Position numbers and translations under genes: made by a program
In this document: one piece after another, positions 12,110 through 25,054 of the stretch
Position numbering within the stretch: position 1 is the first letter of the stretch
How the letters are laid out: each line of letters opens with the position of its first letter
From: Octopus vulgaris
Taxonomy: Eukaryota
NCBI GenBank assembly: GCA_951406725.2
Contig: OX597823.1
Location: 45,260,001-45,324,000 of the forward strand
Length of the DNA stretch: 64,000 bases
Direction: 5' to 3'
Notes under the pieces: generated by a model
Database searches by the model: none
What the model was told of the DNA's origin: nothing
The model's input: the letters and a program-made list of their open reading frames with translations, nothing else

Positions 12110-12299
12110 TCTTTTATTCCTTTACTTGTTCCAGTCGTTTGACTGTGGCCATGCTGGAGCACTGCCTTGAAGAATTTTGGGTTTTTTTTTCAAGCCTGGT
12201 ACTTACTCTATTGGTTTCTTTTGCTGAACCACTAAGTTATGGGAATATAAACACACCAAGACTGGTTGACAAGCAGTGACATGGGGAAAAACACAGACA

Positions 12300-12355
<56 letters not shown>

Positions 12356-13345
12356 GGGCATCTTTCAGTTTCCATCTACCAAATCCACTCACATAGCTTT
12401 GCTCAGCCCAAGCTTATGGTAGAAGACACTCACCCAAGGTGTCATGCAGTGGGTCTAAACCTGGGAACCATGTAGTTGGAAGCAAACTTCTTACAACACA
12501 GCCACACTTGCACCTTCATATATATATATATATATATACATACATATATATACACACACACACATGCGATGGGCTTCTTTGACTTTTCTATCTACCAAAT
12601 CCAATCACAGGTCTTTGGATGGCCCGAGGTTATAGTAGAGAACACATACCCTAGGTGTCACACACTAGAGCTGAACCCAGGACTGTGTAGTTGTGAAGCA
12701 AATGTCTTACCATACACCCATCATGATTACTTTCTATGTGATCTGGTATCCACAATCTTCCAGTGCAATGGAGAGAAAGTGGTTGTCTTGGAAGTAAAGG
12801 ATATTACAGGGTGTGACACAAAGTAAATAATTGTGTGTATGTTTGTGTGTGTGTGTGTGTGTTTGTGTGTGTATGAGTGAGAGAGAGAGAAAGAGAGAGA
12901 GGAAATGACTGCAGTATTTGACTGATACTATGGGCATACACGTTTTTATCTTTTATTGTCTGTTATTCTAGACACTGGACTGCAGCCATGCTGGAGCACT
13001 GCTTTGAAGGGTTTAGTCAAACACATTAACCCAGTATTTATTTTTTTAAAGTCTAGTGCTTATTCCATTGGTCTCTTTTGTCCCAAATTATTAAATTATA
13101 GGGACATAAGCAAATCAACACAGATCGTCAAACAGGGCAAGAGCAGGAGGGGGGAAACATACTCAAACACAAAACATACACACATACATATACAAGATTC
13201 TCTCAGTTTCTATCAACCAAATTCATTCATTAGGCATTCCTGGCTTGGGATACTATTGTAGAAGACACTTGCTTAAGGTGCCACACAGTAGGACTGAACC
13301 CAAAACGGTATGGTCATAACATGAGCTTCTTAACCACACATCTTT
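12110..13345 (-). mobile_element. Cluster of family A SINEs (about 12110-12514, 12563-12725 partial, 12943-13345)
   Basis: Reverse-complement matches to 398-788, within the F-G intron. Confidence 0.8.
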
Positions 13346-13694
13346 ACCTATTTTTATTTGATAACAAGATTTCAGATTTGGTGTTATAAGAATTTTACTG
13401 CATTGGAAGTGAAAGTGTCATAAACAAATTTGTATTGATGTACCAGATGACATAATAGAAATGAGACTGAAAAAATATATTGAGCGAAGAATGGTGGTGA
13501 AAGTAGACTGCAGAGAAAATAGTACTGAAACTATGTGAAAACTGTATGCATTGTCACTCTGAAAGTTGATATAAAAGGGAGATTTTAAGAGGCAGAGAAT
13601 AAGCATTGATAGAATATATTAAATAAAATCGGGGAATATAGAACAAAAATGGTGTCCATGAAATGAAAATGCTAAAATTAAGTGTTTGCTTTAC

Positions 13695-13859
13695 CTGACT
13701 AATCCCTGCGTATGTTCTCTTCAAGCTGGCTTTAACTCCTTGGGGAGGTTCATTTGTGAACTTTATCGATGCTTGTAAAAGGTTTATAGGGAATTTTGGA
13801 TGTTCTTCAGTTGTTAACCAGCAGCGGAAATTGTCATGCGTGTTTTCCCCGCATGTTAC
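13695..13859 (-). CDS. DNAH5: Dynein heavy chain exon F, 165 nt, AAA6
   Basis: VTCGENTHDNFRCWLTTEEHPKFPINLLQASIKFTNEPPQGVKASLKRTYAGISQ. Acceptor tttcttttaag, donor CAG|gtaaag, phase 0-0. Confidence 0.94.
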
Positions 13860-13989
13860 CTTAAAAGAAAGAATAAATGAATAAAAGCCAAATGTATGCA
13901 TGTGTATTAATGTGTGTGTGAATATATCCTCCTCCTCCTCCTCACCACCACCACCACCACCACCACCACCACCACCACCACCACCACCA

Positions 13990-14028
<39 letters not shown>

Positions 14029-15076
14029 TTAATGTCCATCTTCAATGCATGCATATATGTTCGTATGCATATATATATAATATATATATATAATTTAATT
14101 AGAGGTTGTGTTAACCTCATGAAGGAATGGTTTCATCCAAGGAAATATTGGTTCAATGCTTAGTATTTTTGCTGTTAATAATAAATGAATAAATGATTAT
14201 TAAATTCCCAATCTCAATTTTCTTCTTTCAAATGAATATATATTATATATATAATCAAAATAAGCAACAAGAATATATATATATATATATATATACAGGG
14301 TAAGGGTAAAGACTCCCTTCGGATTGCATCTGGAAAGTTCCCTTCGACAAGTCTAAGAATATTTGTTTATGGAAGTTACCCATGCATGCCAGCCTCCCCA
14401 CTCCATGTCACCGATGTTAACCAAAGGAAAGGTAAAAGTTGATACAGCTTGGCACCAGTGATGTTGCAACTCATTTCTACAGTTGTTTGAACTGGAGCAA
14501 TGTGAAATAAAGTGTCTTGCTCAAGAACACAACACACAACCCAGTCTGGGGATCAAACTCACTACCTCATGGTTGTGAGTCTGACACTGTAACTACTGAG
14601 CTACATATGTCATTATAGATTAATTCTCTACCAGAATGATCTTCCATTTTCCTTCTGTTCTGTTTCATTTTTTTTTATAGAAAGAAAAAGAACTGAAATA
14701 TTTGATTCAGAATCTTAAAATTTTGAAACTTCTATAGTTTGTTGAGTGTTTATATGATTTAGCAGATTAAAGCATCTAATCTATAAATAAGAAGATTTAA
14801 TAAAGTTGACACCCTCAAGATATCATACAAAGATGGATTTGGTGTTTTAGCAGATTAAAAGTCTGAGACCTAAAATTAATTGATTTTGATAACGTATGTC
14901 ATACACATTGCACTGAGATCATTATGACAGACAACATCTTTGATGATCAAAGAGGAAACCTCTGAGAAGTTAGCTGACTAGCTAGAATTAGTAAGTCAAA
15001 TTTTCTGAAATTGTAAAAGAAAAATGTTGATTTAGGTATCCATGATGTAGAAAAAGATGACATGCTTTGGTCTTAA

Positions 15077-15291
15077 CTTTTTAGATTTCACATTATTCTG
15101 TGAAATGTAATGCTTATTTATTCACATTGTTTTGAATTAATCAGGTATTATCTTGTGGCTTTGAGACCTCGATGATGTGATTTTTTATTTTTTAAAATGG
15201 TATTGTAAGGTAAGTGGGACAAGCCAGGTCTGTCCAGTTTGAACACAAAACACTATTTTGGCTGCATACGACCAGTTTAAATTCTAAAGGG
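15077..15291. mobile_element. piggyBac-like MITE
   Basis: TTAA on both sides (15073-76, 15292-95). Termini ctttttag.../...ctaaaggg fit a decayed CCCTTTAG TIR. Confidence 0.55.
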
Positions 15292-16384
15292 TTAAATGTC
15301 TTTGATCATAGATCTATGCAACTTTGCTGATAAGGCTAACTATGGACTATGGGAGTCTCTCAGGAGTTGCTTGATCTTCTAAAAATAGAAGAGATACAGA
15401 TCTGGATACAGTAAATAAAATTAAAGATTTAAGTGCAATAATGAGTAGTGATCTCATTTTTTTTTCAGAATATTGTATTAATAGCACTAGAAAAGATGAT
15501 AGAAGAAGCAATTACCTGTTCAGATTAGATTATTTATAATAAAGAAAAAAAATTTTTTCTTTATAAAATGTTTTAATCTATTTATTCAACTCATTTTTTA
15601 ATATGCATCTTATATTTGGCTTCCTCATTCTATAAAAAAATATCCACCTAATTGAATCTATCCAAAGACTCAGAATTCCTGGAATAAAATACACTATTTT
15701 GACAATTTGATGCAACCAAATCAGAATACACTAGAGTGCTGTAAAATTAAAGCAAACCTCTTCATGGTTTACCATGTATGGAATGTTGATCTTAAATTCG
15801 ATGATTTTTGCTTTTTTTTGCTTTTAATAAAATGTGGCCATTGCCAGTACTACCTGATTGGCCCTCGTGCCAGTGGCACATAAAAGCATCCACTATACTC
15901 TCGGAGTAGTTGGCATTAGGAAGGTCATCCAGCTGTAGAAACTCTGCCAGATCAAGATTGGAGCCTGGTGCAGCCATCTGTTTCGCCAGTCCCCAGTCAA
16001 ATCGTCCAACCCATGCTAGCATGGAAAGTGGACGTTAAACAATGATAATGATGATGATGATGAGAAAATTGATATATTGGATTGAAATTGGTGCAAGAAT
16101 ATAACCAAATAAGCACTTCTTTTCTCTTCAACCAATCAAAGTTTGGGAATGTTTTCAAATCTGAACTTGTTTTAGCTCCAAGGCTTAAATTTAGCATCAA
16201 GTTAATTGGATAATGTGAATCCTATACTTTTAGGAAATATAATAATGATAAATATCATAAAATTTCATTTATAAATATAATACATAAACGTATTACTTGA
16301 TTTGTTGTATTTTGTGCAGGAAATAATTTGACTGGAAATGGTGCGCACTTTATCAATTCAAATCTAAACAACACACAAAAGATT

Positions 16385-16822
16385 AAGCTGGCATAATCCT
16401 TAGCCTACCAAGCAAAATGCTCTGTGGCATTTTGTCTGTCTTTGCATTCTGAGTTCAAATTCCCTGAGGTCGATTTTATCTTTCATTCTTTTGGGGTTGA
16501 TAAAATTAGTAGCAGTTGAGCACTGGGTCAATGTAATCAACTTACTCCACCCCTACAATTACTGGCCTTGTGCCAAAATTTGAAACCAATATCATCAAAA
16601 TTTGAAACCAATATTATCAAATTTTAAAGTGGTAAGCTGGCAGAATCATTAGCATGTCATGTGAAATGCTTAGTATTATTTTGTCCATCTTTACATTCCA
16701 AGTTCAAATGCCATTGAAGCTGACTTTGCCATTCAGTACTAGTTGAGTACTGGGATCAATGTAACCAGCTTACTCAGCCCCTTGAAATTGTTGGTTTTTG
16801 TGTCAACATTTGAAAACCAATA
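16385..16822 (+). mobile_element. Two tandem copies of tRNA-derived SINE family B
   Basis: ttctgagttcaaattcc..gaggtcgactt..ttcatcctt..ggggtcgataaa..agtaccag core. Relatives at about 33065-33275(+), 40380-40612(-), 47320-47485(-), 52800-52998(-), 53027-53238(-), 57630-57845(-), 58760-58965(+) and 62280-62470(-). Confidence 0.8.
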
Positions 16823-16879
16823 TTATTAAATTATAAAAGTATTTTCTATGTCATTAATGCCAACTTCAGTGATCCACAA

Positions 16880-17370
16880 TTACACTGGGTCGGACGTTGG
16901 GCCTCACAGAGGCAATGACGAAAGACCAAGATCTCTGTGACTACGAAGACCTGACAAATTACGTGCAGTTCATGGCTGTTTCCTGCACCAGTTTCACATA
17001 GCAGCTCCAGCCCATCCAAAGTACCTTGGATCGCAAAACGGCCTGCTGTGCTTACCTTGGATCGTAGGGTGACCTGCTGTGCTTGAGGAAACCTATTGAG
17101 TCAAGTACATACATCAACATCAAAATAAAAAATCAAATGGAAATTGTAGTTGTGATACTTGTGCCAGTGGAACGCAAAAAGCCTCCCCTGGCACCTGTGC
17201 CAGTGGCACGTAAAAAGCACCCTCTACACTCACAGAGTAATTGGTGTTAGAAAGGGCATCCAGCTGTAGAAACACTGTCAGATCAGACTGGAGCCAAGTG
17301 CAGCCTTCTGGCTTCCCAGACTCTGGTCGAACTGTCCAACCCATGCTAGCATGGAAAACGGACGTTAAAC

Positions 17371-17405
<35 letters not shown>
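16880..17405 (+). mobile_element. 3' end of an RTE-type LINE or derivative with (GAT)n tail
   Basis: Ends ..ccaacccatgctagcatggaaaacggacgttaaac(gat)n, the same tail as the RTE relic at 37073-38235. Short tail copies at about 7690-7890, 8770-9005, 15835-16062, 24305-24600, 41880-42080 and 45290-45430. Confidence 0.75.
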
Positions 17406-17408
<3 letters not shown>

Positions 17409-17627
17409 ATGGCTATTTACTGTGATTTGATTGTTTTACTTTTTTGACAACAGATGTTCTTTTTTGGGGACTACAAATGATAATGAACTTAAACTACAAT
17501 AATAACTACAAATGATATTAAACTGAACAAACATTACAAAAACAAAATCTTCCAACTACATCAACAAAGTAATTGGATTCAACACTTTCAAACAGACTAC
17601 TAAAATATAAATAATAGCAATACTCAC

Positions 17628-17767
17628 TGTGTTCAGTAATTCCTCCATGAAATCCAGTCCAAGATGACAGTTTTGCAAGAGCACCCATTGTCCATCTTGC
17701 ATTGAACCTTGTAATAACCTTCGAGCGTGGATATCTTGTCCTTGGCCCATCGAGATAGCATCACATT
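17628..17767 (-). CDS. DNAH5: Dynein heavy chain exon E, 140 nt, AAA6
   Basis: (K)[46 protein letters not shown], with SMGQGQ and WVLLQNCHL motifs. Acceptor ttcacccccag, donor ACA|gtgagt, phase 1-0. Confidence 0.96.
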
Positions 17768-17912
17768 CTGGGGGTGAAAACATAAGTGATTTTAAGTTTG
17801 TGAAAAGTACCAACAGCAGCAATTACTACATTAATTAGGGAACTGCTTAGCAATTTCTCAATCTACAAAAAATAATTAAATTTCCATTAAAATACACCAA
17901 ACCATCAGGAAG

Positions 17913-18212
17913 TGGAGGCACATGGCCTAGTGGTTAGAGCATCGTATTCACGGTTGAGGGATCATGGATTCAAATCTCAAACCAGGCAATGTGTGTGTTT
18001 ATGAGCGAAACACCTAAGCTCCATGCGGCTCCGGCAGAAGGTAATGGTGAACTTCTGCTGACTCTTTCGCCACAACTTTCTCTCACCCTTTCCTCCTGCA
18101 TCTTGCAGCTCACCTGTGATAGACTGGCGTCCCATCCAGGTGGGGAACCTATACACCAAGGAAACCAGGAACCCAGCCCTTATGAGCCAAGCATGGCTCG
18201 AGAAAGAACAAA
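17913..18212 (+). mobile_element. tRNA-derived SINE, family D
   Basis: Head tggcctagtggttagagc...ggattcaaatc, flanked by the direct repeat atcaggaag. Relatives at about 33449-33770(+) and 47120-47318(-). Confidence 0.75.
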
Positions 18213-20440
18213 CTATCAGGAAGGATACATTCGATGATGTTATCCTTGATGCACCTGAAATGAAAGATGCCAATGACAGGAATGCCCTTGATTATGGGTT
18301 TATTTCATTTAGAATTGGCACCAGATCATCCAGAAATAGGTACCATATAACTGGGCATTTATATATTGAATGAGACTATATAGCAGCAACAGCAGTAACA
18401 ATTAAGTAACAATTAGCGTTTAGTACAGTAATTACCTTTCAGAATATCAATAACAACAACAAGTCTGCCACTCAGTCAGTTATGACAATGAGTGTTCCAG
18501 TTGATTTGATCAATAGAATTGCCTGCTTGTGAAATTAATGCACAAGTGGCTAAGCACTCCACAGACACGTGTGTATCCTTAACATAAGTTTTCATTGAGA
18601 TTCAGCATGACATAGAATGTGATAAAGCTAACCCTTTGAAATACAAACTAATCATCTCATCAATTAAATTTGCTTTCTATGCTGGCATGGGTTGGATGAT
18701 AATCCCAATCTGAGGCAGTTCTTATTTGGAGTTACATTCTTCATAGATGGGTCAGGGACAATGTCATGCTCGTAAGCTTAACTGCTGCTGCTGCTGTTGT
18801 TGTTGTTGTTGTTAAGCAACAAGACGGGTAAGGGTGATTAGGTGAGGTCTAGAGTTTAGGGGCGGGAGACCTCAGACCCTGGAAAAAAAAAACTTTGGTC
18901 GTCTTGTTGAAGTCGAGGGCTCTTCGTTGATGCCCGACACCACTGGGAGGTGGCCCTTGAAGTTGCTGGAAATGGGGATCTCCAGGTCCAAATTCTTGAA
19001 TGGCTGCTGCTGCTGCTACCACCACTGTTGGTGCTGTTGTTGTTGTTGTTACTGCAATAATAGCAGGTGGCTTTTAATTCTTTGATAGGATCAAACAAAA
19101 GGATCAGTTGATGTTTGATCAACAGCACAGTTCAGTTAGAACTAACCCTGGTTACCTAAAAGCAGCAACGGCAGTGCCAGCAGCACTGGCAGCACCAGCA
19201 CCAGCAGAAGCAGCAAAATTAGAAACAATAGTAAAAACAAAAAAATATCAGGAACAAACAGCAGAAATAGCAACAAGAACAATGGATGTAATGTTATAAA
19301 TAGCAAAGAAGAAAAAAAAAGTTGCATAAATAGACAAAAGAAAAACACCACCACCGCTTCCACCCCTTCTGCACCGTTATTATAACACTCCCTACTCCAA
19401 TAAGGAATCTCTCCTCAATATTTGAAGGAATGGTATGGCCTGTTTTCAGCATCAACATCATCAATAAGACCATAACTGTCATTCCTCTCATCATCAACAA
19501 GACCACCCTCATCACTACCACCACCATCAACCATGTGGCCTTGGGTTCTTTGTAAGTAGAAAAAAAGATGGGGTGGTCACATCTGGAATGCCTTTGATCA
19601 TAAATTAGCTAAATTAAGGTTGAAATAGGACTAAATAACAACAACAGCAACAAAAACACTAACAATATCAATTAAGACTATTATAAACAACAATAATAAC
19701 AACATTGATATTACTGTTCAAAACAATGTATGCTGCCATCCCGACCACGACCGCCACTATGACCACACCATGATGACGGTCACCACCACCATCACCACCA
19801 CCGACACCAACACCACCACCCCCACCCCCACCACCTCCACCAATAATATCAATACAGCTACAACAACAAAAACCTTACTGCTATAAATAACCAAGAAGAT
19901 GTTCCAAAGAAGAGATGTCTGAGCAGAAATAATTAAATGAAACAGGCTTAATTAATGAGATACATAAGGAAAACATTATACACAAACACACAAACACGTA
20001 ATTAGTCTTTCTTCCTCAGAATCTAAATGAACCAGTGCGTGTCTATGTGTGTGGTGTTTATGTGGGATGTGCTTATGCAATATATTTGTAAGCAATCATG
20101 AATAAATACTTATGATGTACATATGTAATATGTGATAAATATATATGTGTGTGTGTGTGTGTATGTTTATGCATGTGTGTATATATGTTTATATATGTGT
20201 GTGTCTATATATATATATATACACACATATTCAATTTGACGACTCCACTAGAATGGACGAAAGCGCTGATATATATGATGTATAAAAACATGTAACATAC
20301 TAATAAATATCTGTAAATATAAAACCATCCGAATTTCTGAGTACCTCATTTCTTCTAATATAAAATACCTGTACATCATCTCCAAACCTTCTTATATATA
20401 TATGCATAAAAATATATACACAAACCCACATGTATGTATA

Positions 20441-20825
20441 GGTGCAGGCATGGCTATGTGGTAAGAAGCTTGCTTCCCAACCACATGACACCAGGTTCAG
20501 TCCCATTGTGTGGCATGTTGGGGATGTGTCTTCTACAACAGTCTCAAGCTGACCAACGCTTGTGGATAGATTTGGTAGACAGAAGCTGAAAAGATCCCAT
20601 CGTATATGTGTGTGTGTGTGTGTGTGTGTCTTTGTGTCTGTGTTTGCCCAACCACTTGACAACTAGTGTTGGTGTGGTTATGTCTTGTAACGTAGCAGTT
20701 CAGCAAAGGAGACTGATAAAATAAGTACAACACTTAAAAAAATATGTGCTGAGATCAATTCATTCAATTAAAATTCTTCAAGGTGGTGCCCCAGCATGGC
20801 TGCAGTCAAGTGACTGAAACATCAA

Positions 20826-20827
<2 letters not shown>
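20441..20827 (+). mobile_element. SINE family A
   Basis: Full-length match to 398-788. Confidence 0.85.
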
Positions 20828-20854
<27 letters not shown>

Positions 20855-20857
<3 letters not shown>

Positions 20858-21254
20858 TCTTTTACTCTTTTACTTGTTTCAGTCATTTGACTGCGGCCAT
20901 GCTGGAGCACCGCCCTTTAATTGAGCAACTCGACCCCGGGACTTATTCTTTTGTAAGCCCAGTACTTATTCTATCGGTTTTTTTTTGCCGAACCGCTAAG
21001 TGACGGGGACATAAACACACCAGCATCGGTTGTCAAGCAATGCTAGGGGACAAACACAGACACATAAACACACACATGCATATATATATATATACATATA
21101 TACGACGGGCTTATTTCAGTTTCCATCTACCAAATCCACTCACAAGGCATTGGTCGGCCCGAGGCTATAGTAGAAGACACTTGCCCAAGGTGCCACACAG
21201 TGGGACTGAATCCGGAACCATGTGGTTGGTAGACAAGCTACTTACCATACAGCC
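20855..21254 (-). mobile_element. SINE family A, tail-to-tail with the previous copy
   Basis: Reverse-complement match. Further copies at about 25984-26746 (+, split), 27168-27624(-), 30926-31314(-), 38240-38593(-) and 40813-41440 (-, split). Confidence 0.85.
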
Positions 21255-22057
21255 AATATGTGACAATTATTCGGTAGCCATGATAAAACTCTGAGTTTTG
21301 GATGCCGAGGTGGAAATCCACACCACCATCTCTTCAGTTATCCGGCCATCGGAAAAAATGCTATGAAAAATGACCGTTATACAAAAGTAAATTACTGTGT
21401 GATTGACCGTTATTAAGACAAAAGAGCTATTTGAATGACCACCAAGTGAGGAGAGGGAGTAAAAGTAAAGGGGTAAAAAGGTTTGTAGTATTCGCGTAAG
21501 CACGCATGTTCATACCTACACATGCGTGTCCGCACACCCATGTGCATACGCCTAAAAGTATACACTCATCCATCCTCATTTGAAACGTACATAACCTCAC
21601 CCGCATCATTCGCCATATTTCATTTGTTTTTGCCTTATCTGTTAACCATCAACAGACTGGAACCAAGTCATGGTTTTCAAAAAAATAGCTGACCAATTAG
21701 GTTGTAGGACCTACCATGAACCCCACCCCACTACGGATAGGGATTCAGAGACTTGTTGATCGGATGATGTATGTCACTTTGTATCCTCTTCATTTTCTTA
21801 TTTGCCATGTAAATTAAGGATAAACCACTTTTTACCCTTGCTCATATATGACACTCATTTGCGAGATTGCCACATAGTAACCAACATTTGGGTATGAATA
21901 ATTGGGTACACTACCAGCAGTACATTGGATAGGCACTATCCCTTAGTTGGTTGATTTCCCAACCTCTAACTTTCACAGAAATATGTATATATATAGATAT
22001 CTGTGTGTGTGTGTGTGTGTGTTTATATATATATGTATATATACATATGTTTGTGTC

Positions 22058-22103
<46 letters not shown>

Positions 22104-22118
22104 GTATACACACATGTG

Positions 22119-22185
<67 letters not shown>

Positions 22186-22359
22186 ATATGCATATCAATA
22201 TATATGTGTGTGTGGGTGTCTATATGTATATTTATATATAATATTTATATATCTGTAGATACTCTAGCATATACATAAATAGCCTGACCAACATTACATC
22301 ACCAGTTGCACCACCACCACCATCACCACTCACTCAGCTCTCATATGCACACACCTGCA

Positions 22360-22397
<38 letters not shown>

Positions 22398-23209
22398 ATA
22401 CACACACACACAAACACACACTCATACAATCAACAGACAAACATATTTATTTACTCAGCACATCTACAGAATACAGGAAAAAAAAAATATTTCCAAAACT
22501 AAACTAAACTAAACTCAAACGTTTCTATGGTTCCATGGTTTGTAAATCCAGCTTTTTTTCTAGTTTTAAAACAAAACAAAAAAGGAAAATTGAACAAGGA
22601 AGGAAATCTATGAAACAATAAGCAGCAAATCAAATTGATGCACTCTCATCTTCTCCTCCCCCCCCCCCCCGTCACTGATTCACTAATACCATCATCGCCA
22701 CCACCGTCACCACTAGGCTTTACCATGTATCTTCCCCATCACCATCACCACCACCACCAACAACAACAACAGAAGAAAAATAACCTATATTAATATCTCT
22801 ATAAACTATTCCACTCCATACTGTTTCTGTCTCCTATTATGTTTTAAAAGAGTTTGCCCCATCATTTGCCCCATCATTCCTTCACCCATTTGGGATTATT
22901 ATGGGGAGATGTGCCAAATTATTATTTGATGATTTCAATTACTGAGGAATATTCACACACACGGACAAACATACGCATATATGTACACACAAGCACAGAC
23001 ACACACACACACACGTATATGTATGGACACCCAAGCACTACTTGCATGCACACGCACACACATGTGGACATATGGGCACATTCACATACACACACCATAT
23101 AAACACAAAGTGTACACAAACAGACTTAAATAAATTAATTTGTTTGTGTTTTTCATTAAATCATTATGAAAGCAAACAACCTTTTCCTCAACTCAAAGTT
23201 ATTGGTTAT

Positions 23210-23212
<3 letters not shown>

Positions 23213-23255
<43 letters not shown>

Positions 23256-23376
23256 GTGAGAGAGAGAGGAGAGAGAGGGAGGGAGAGTATTTATATATAT
23301 ACACACACATATTTGTATGTATGCATGTATACATATATATGGATATATAAGTATATATGTATACATATACATTTAT

Positions 23377-23426
<50 letters not shown>

Positions 23427-23753
23427 ATATACACATATATATATGTATGTATTTATAGACATATACACATATATGTATACATGCATACATACATATACAT
23501 CTACATATATATATGTATATATGTATATATATATACATGGATATATGCATGTATGTATATATGCATATATGTATACATATACTTATATATATATATGTAT
23601 ATATATATGTATACATATATATATATGTATATATGTAAACATATATACATGTATACATATATGTATATGCGTATACATATATATGTATATGCATATATGT
23701 ATACATATACATATACATATATATAAGTATATATATATATATGTATGTGTGTG

Positions 23754-23791
<38 letters not shown>

Positions 23792-23810
23792 ATACACACA
23801 GACACACATA
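23213..23810. repeat. (GA)n followed by a ~500-bp cryptic TA/CA/TG block
   Basis: Directly visible. Similar blocks at about 21980-22260, 32445-32790, 35220-35745, 39085-39560 and 63770-64000. Confidence 0.95.
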
Positions 23811-24008
23811 TCAGAAAATTCTTGAATCAATGATCAAGGAAACCAGAAAACCAACGAGGACTTTGTATGAGTTAAATATAAACTACAGAGAAAGTAGTTT
23901 TATTTTACAGATTTAATAATTTAGGCATGAAACTGCTACTCCGTAGCAGCTTTGGAACATGAAACAGTGGATGTGGAGTTTCTTGGTTAAAACATGAAGC
24001 TTGTGATG

Positions 24009-24098
<90 letters not shown>

Positions 24099-24616
24099 TA
24101 TATATATATATACATATATATACAGAGAGAGAGATGAATTTATCTTTGAATATGAACATTATGATGATCACAATCTCATCATCATGGATAGAAGGTTGCC
24201 CCTTCTGGCATCTGTTTGAACTGGTTGAATCCAGTAATTTGTAATCTTCCCATTTTGGTTCTACTTTATCTCCTCTCTTCCTAAGTTACCTTTTGCATGG
24301 TCTACATTCATCATCATCGTCATTTAACATCCATATTCTATGCTGGCATGGGTTGGACGGTTTAACTGGGGTCTGGCAAGTGCAGGAGCTGCACCCAGTT
24401 CCATTGTCTGTTTTGACATGGTTTCTACAGCTAGATACCTTTCCTAACAGTAAACACTTTACAGAGTGTATTTGATGCTTTTTACGTGGCACCAGCACTA
24501 GTGCTTTATAAGTGGAACTAGCATCTGTACTTTTTATGTGACACCATAACCAATGCTTTTTACATGACATCAGCACCAGTGTCTTTTATGTGTCACCTTT
24601 TTACATGGTTTACTTT

Positions 24617-24807
24617 GGAGTTCTATATTTAAGAGATGAGAAATTATGTACATTATTTACATTATTTATATTATTTACTTTTGATGAATATCTGTCCTTG
24701 TTTGTTGTTAACACAAAGTTTCGGCTGATATACCCTCCAGCCTTCATCAGGTGTCTTGGGGAAATTTCGAACCTGGGTTCTCATTCCTAAGGTATTTTTC
24801 GATGTTG

Positions 24808-24851
<44 letters not shown>

Positions 24852-24936
24852 TTTATTATTCAGGTCACTGCCTGGAGGCAAACTCGGAATCTTGGGGTTA
24901 GTAGCCCATGCTCTTAACCACTATGCCATATGCCCG
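24617..24936 (-). mobile_element. tRNA-headed short element with internal (AAT)n and a Penelope-type hammerhead-like 3' part
   Basis: Minus strand: GGGCATATGGCATAGTGGTTAAGAGC..GAGTTTGCCTCC head, then (AAT)n, then GACAC-CTGATGA-AGGCTG..CAGCC-GAAAC..GTGTT. Inverted partial copy at 24944-25054. Confidence 0.65.
24710..24756 (-). ncRNA. Minimal type I hammerhead-ribozyme-like motif (probably mutated)
   Basis: CTGATGA core (24750-24744), stem II GGCTG/CAGCC, GAAA (24722-24719), stem I GACAC/GTGTT. Stem III reads ACTT rather than palindromic ACGT. Confidence 0.55.
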
Positions 24937-25054
24937 ATACCAAGCAGTGACCTGAATAATAACAACAATAATAATAGTAATAATAATAATAACATCGAAA
25001 AATACCTTAGGAAAGAGAACCCAGGTTCAAAATTTCCCCAAGACACCTAATGAA

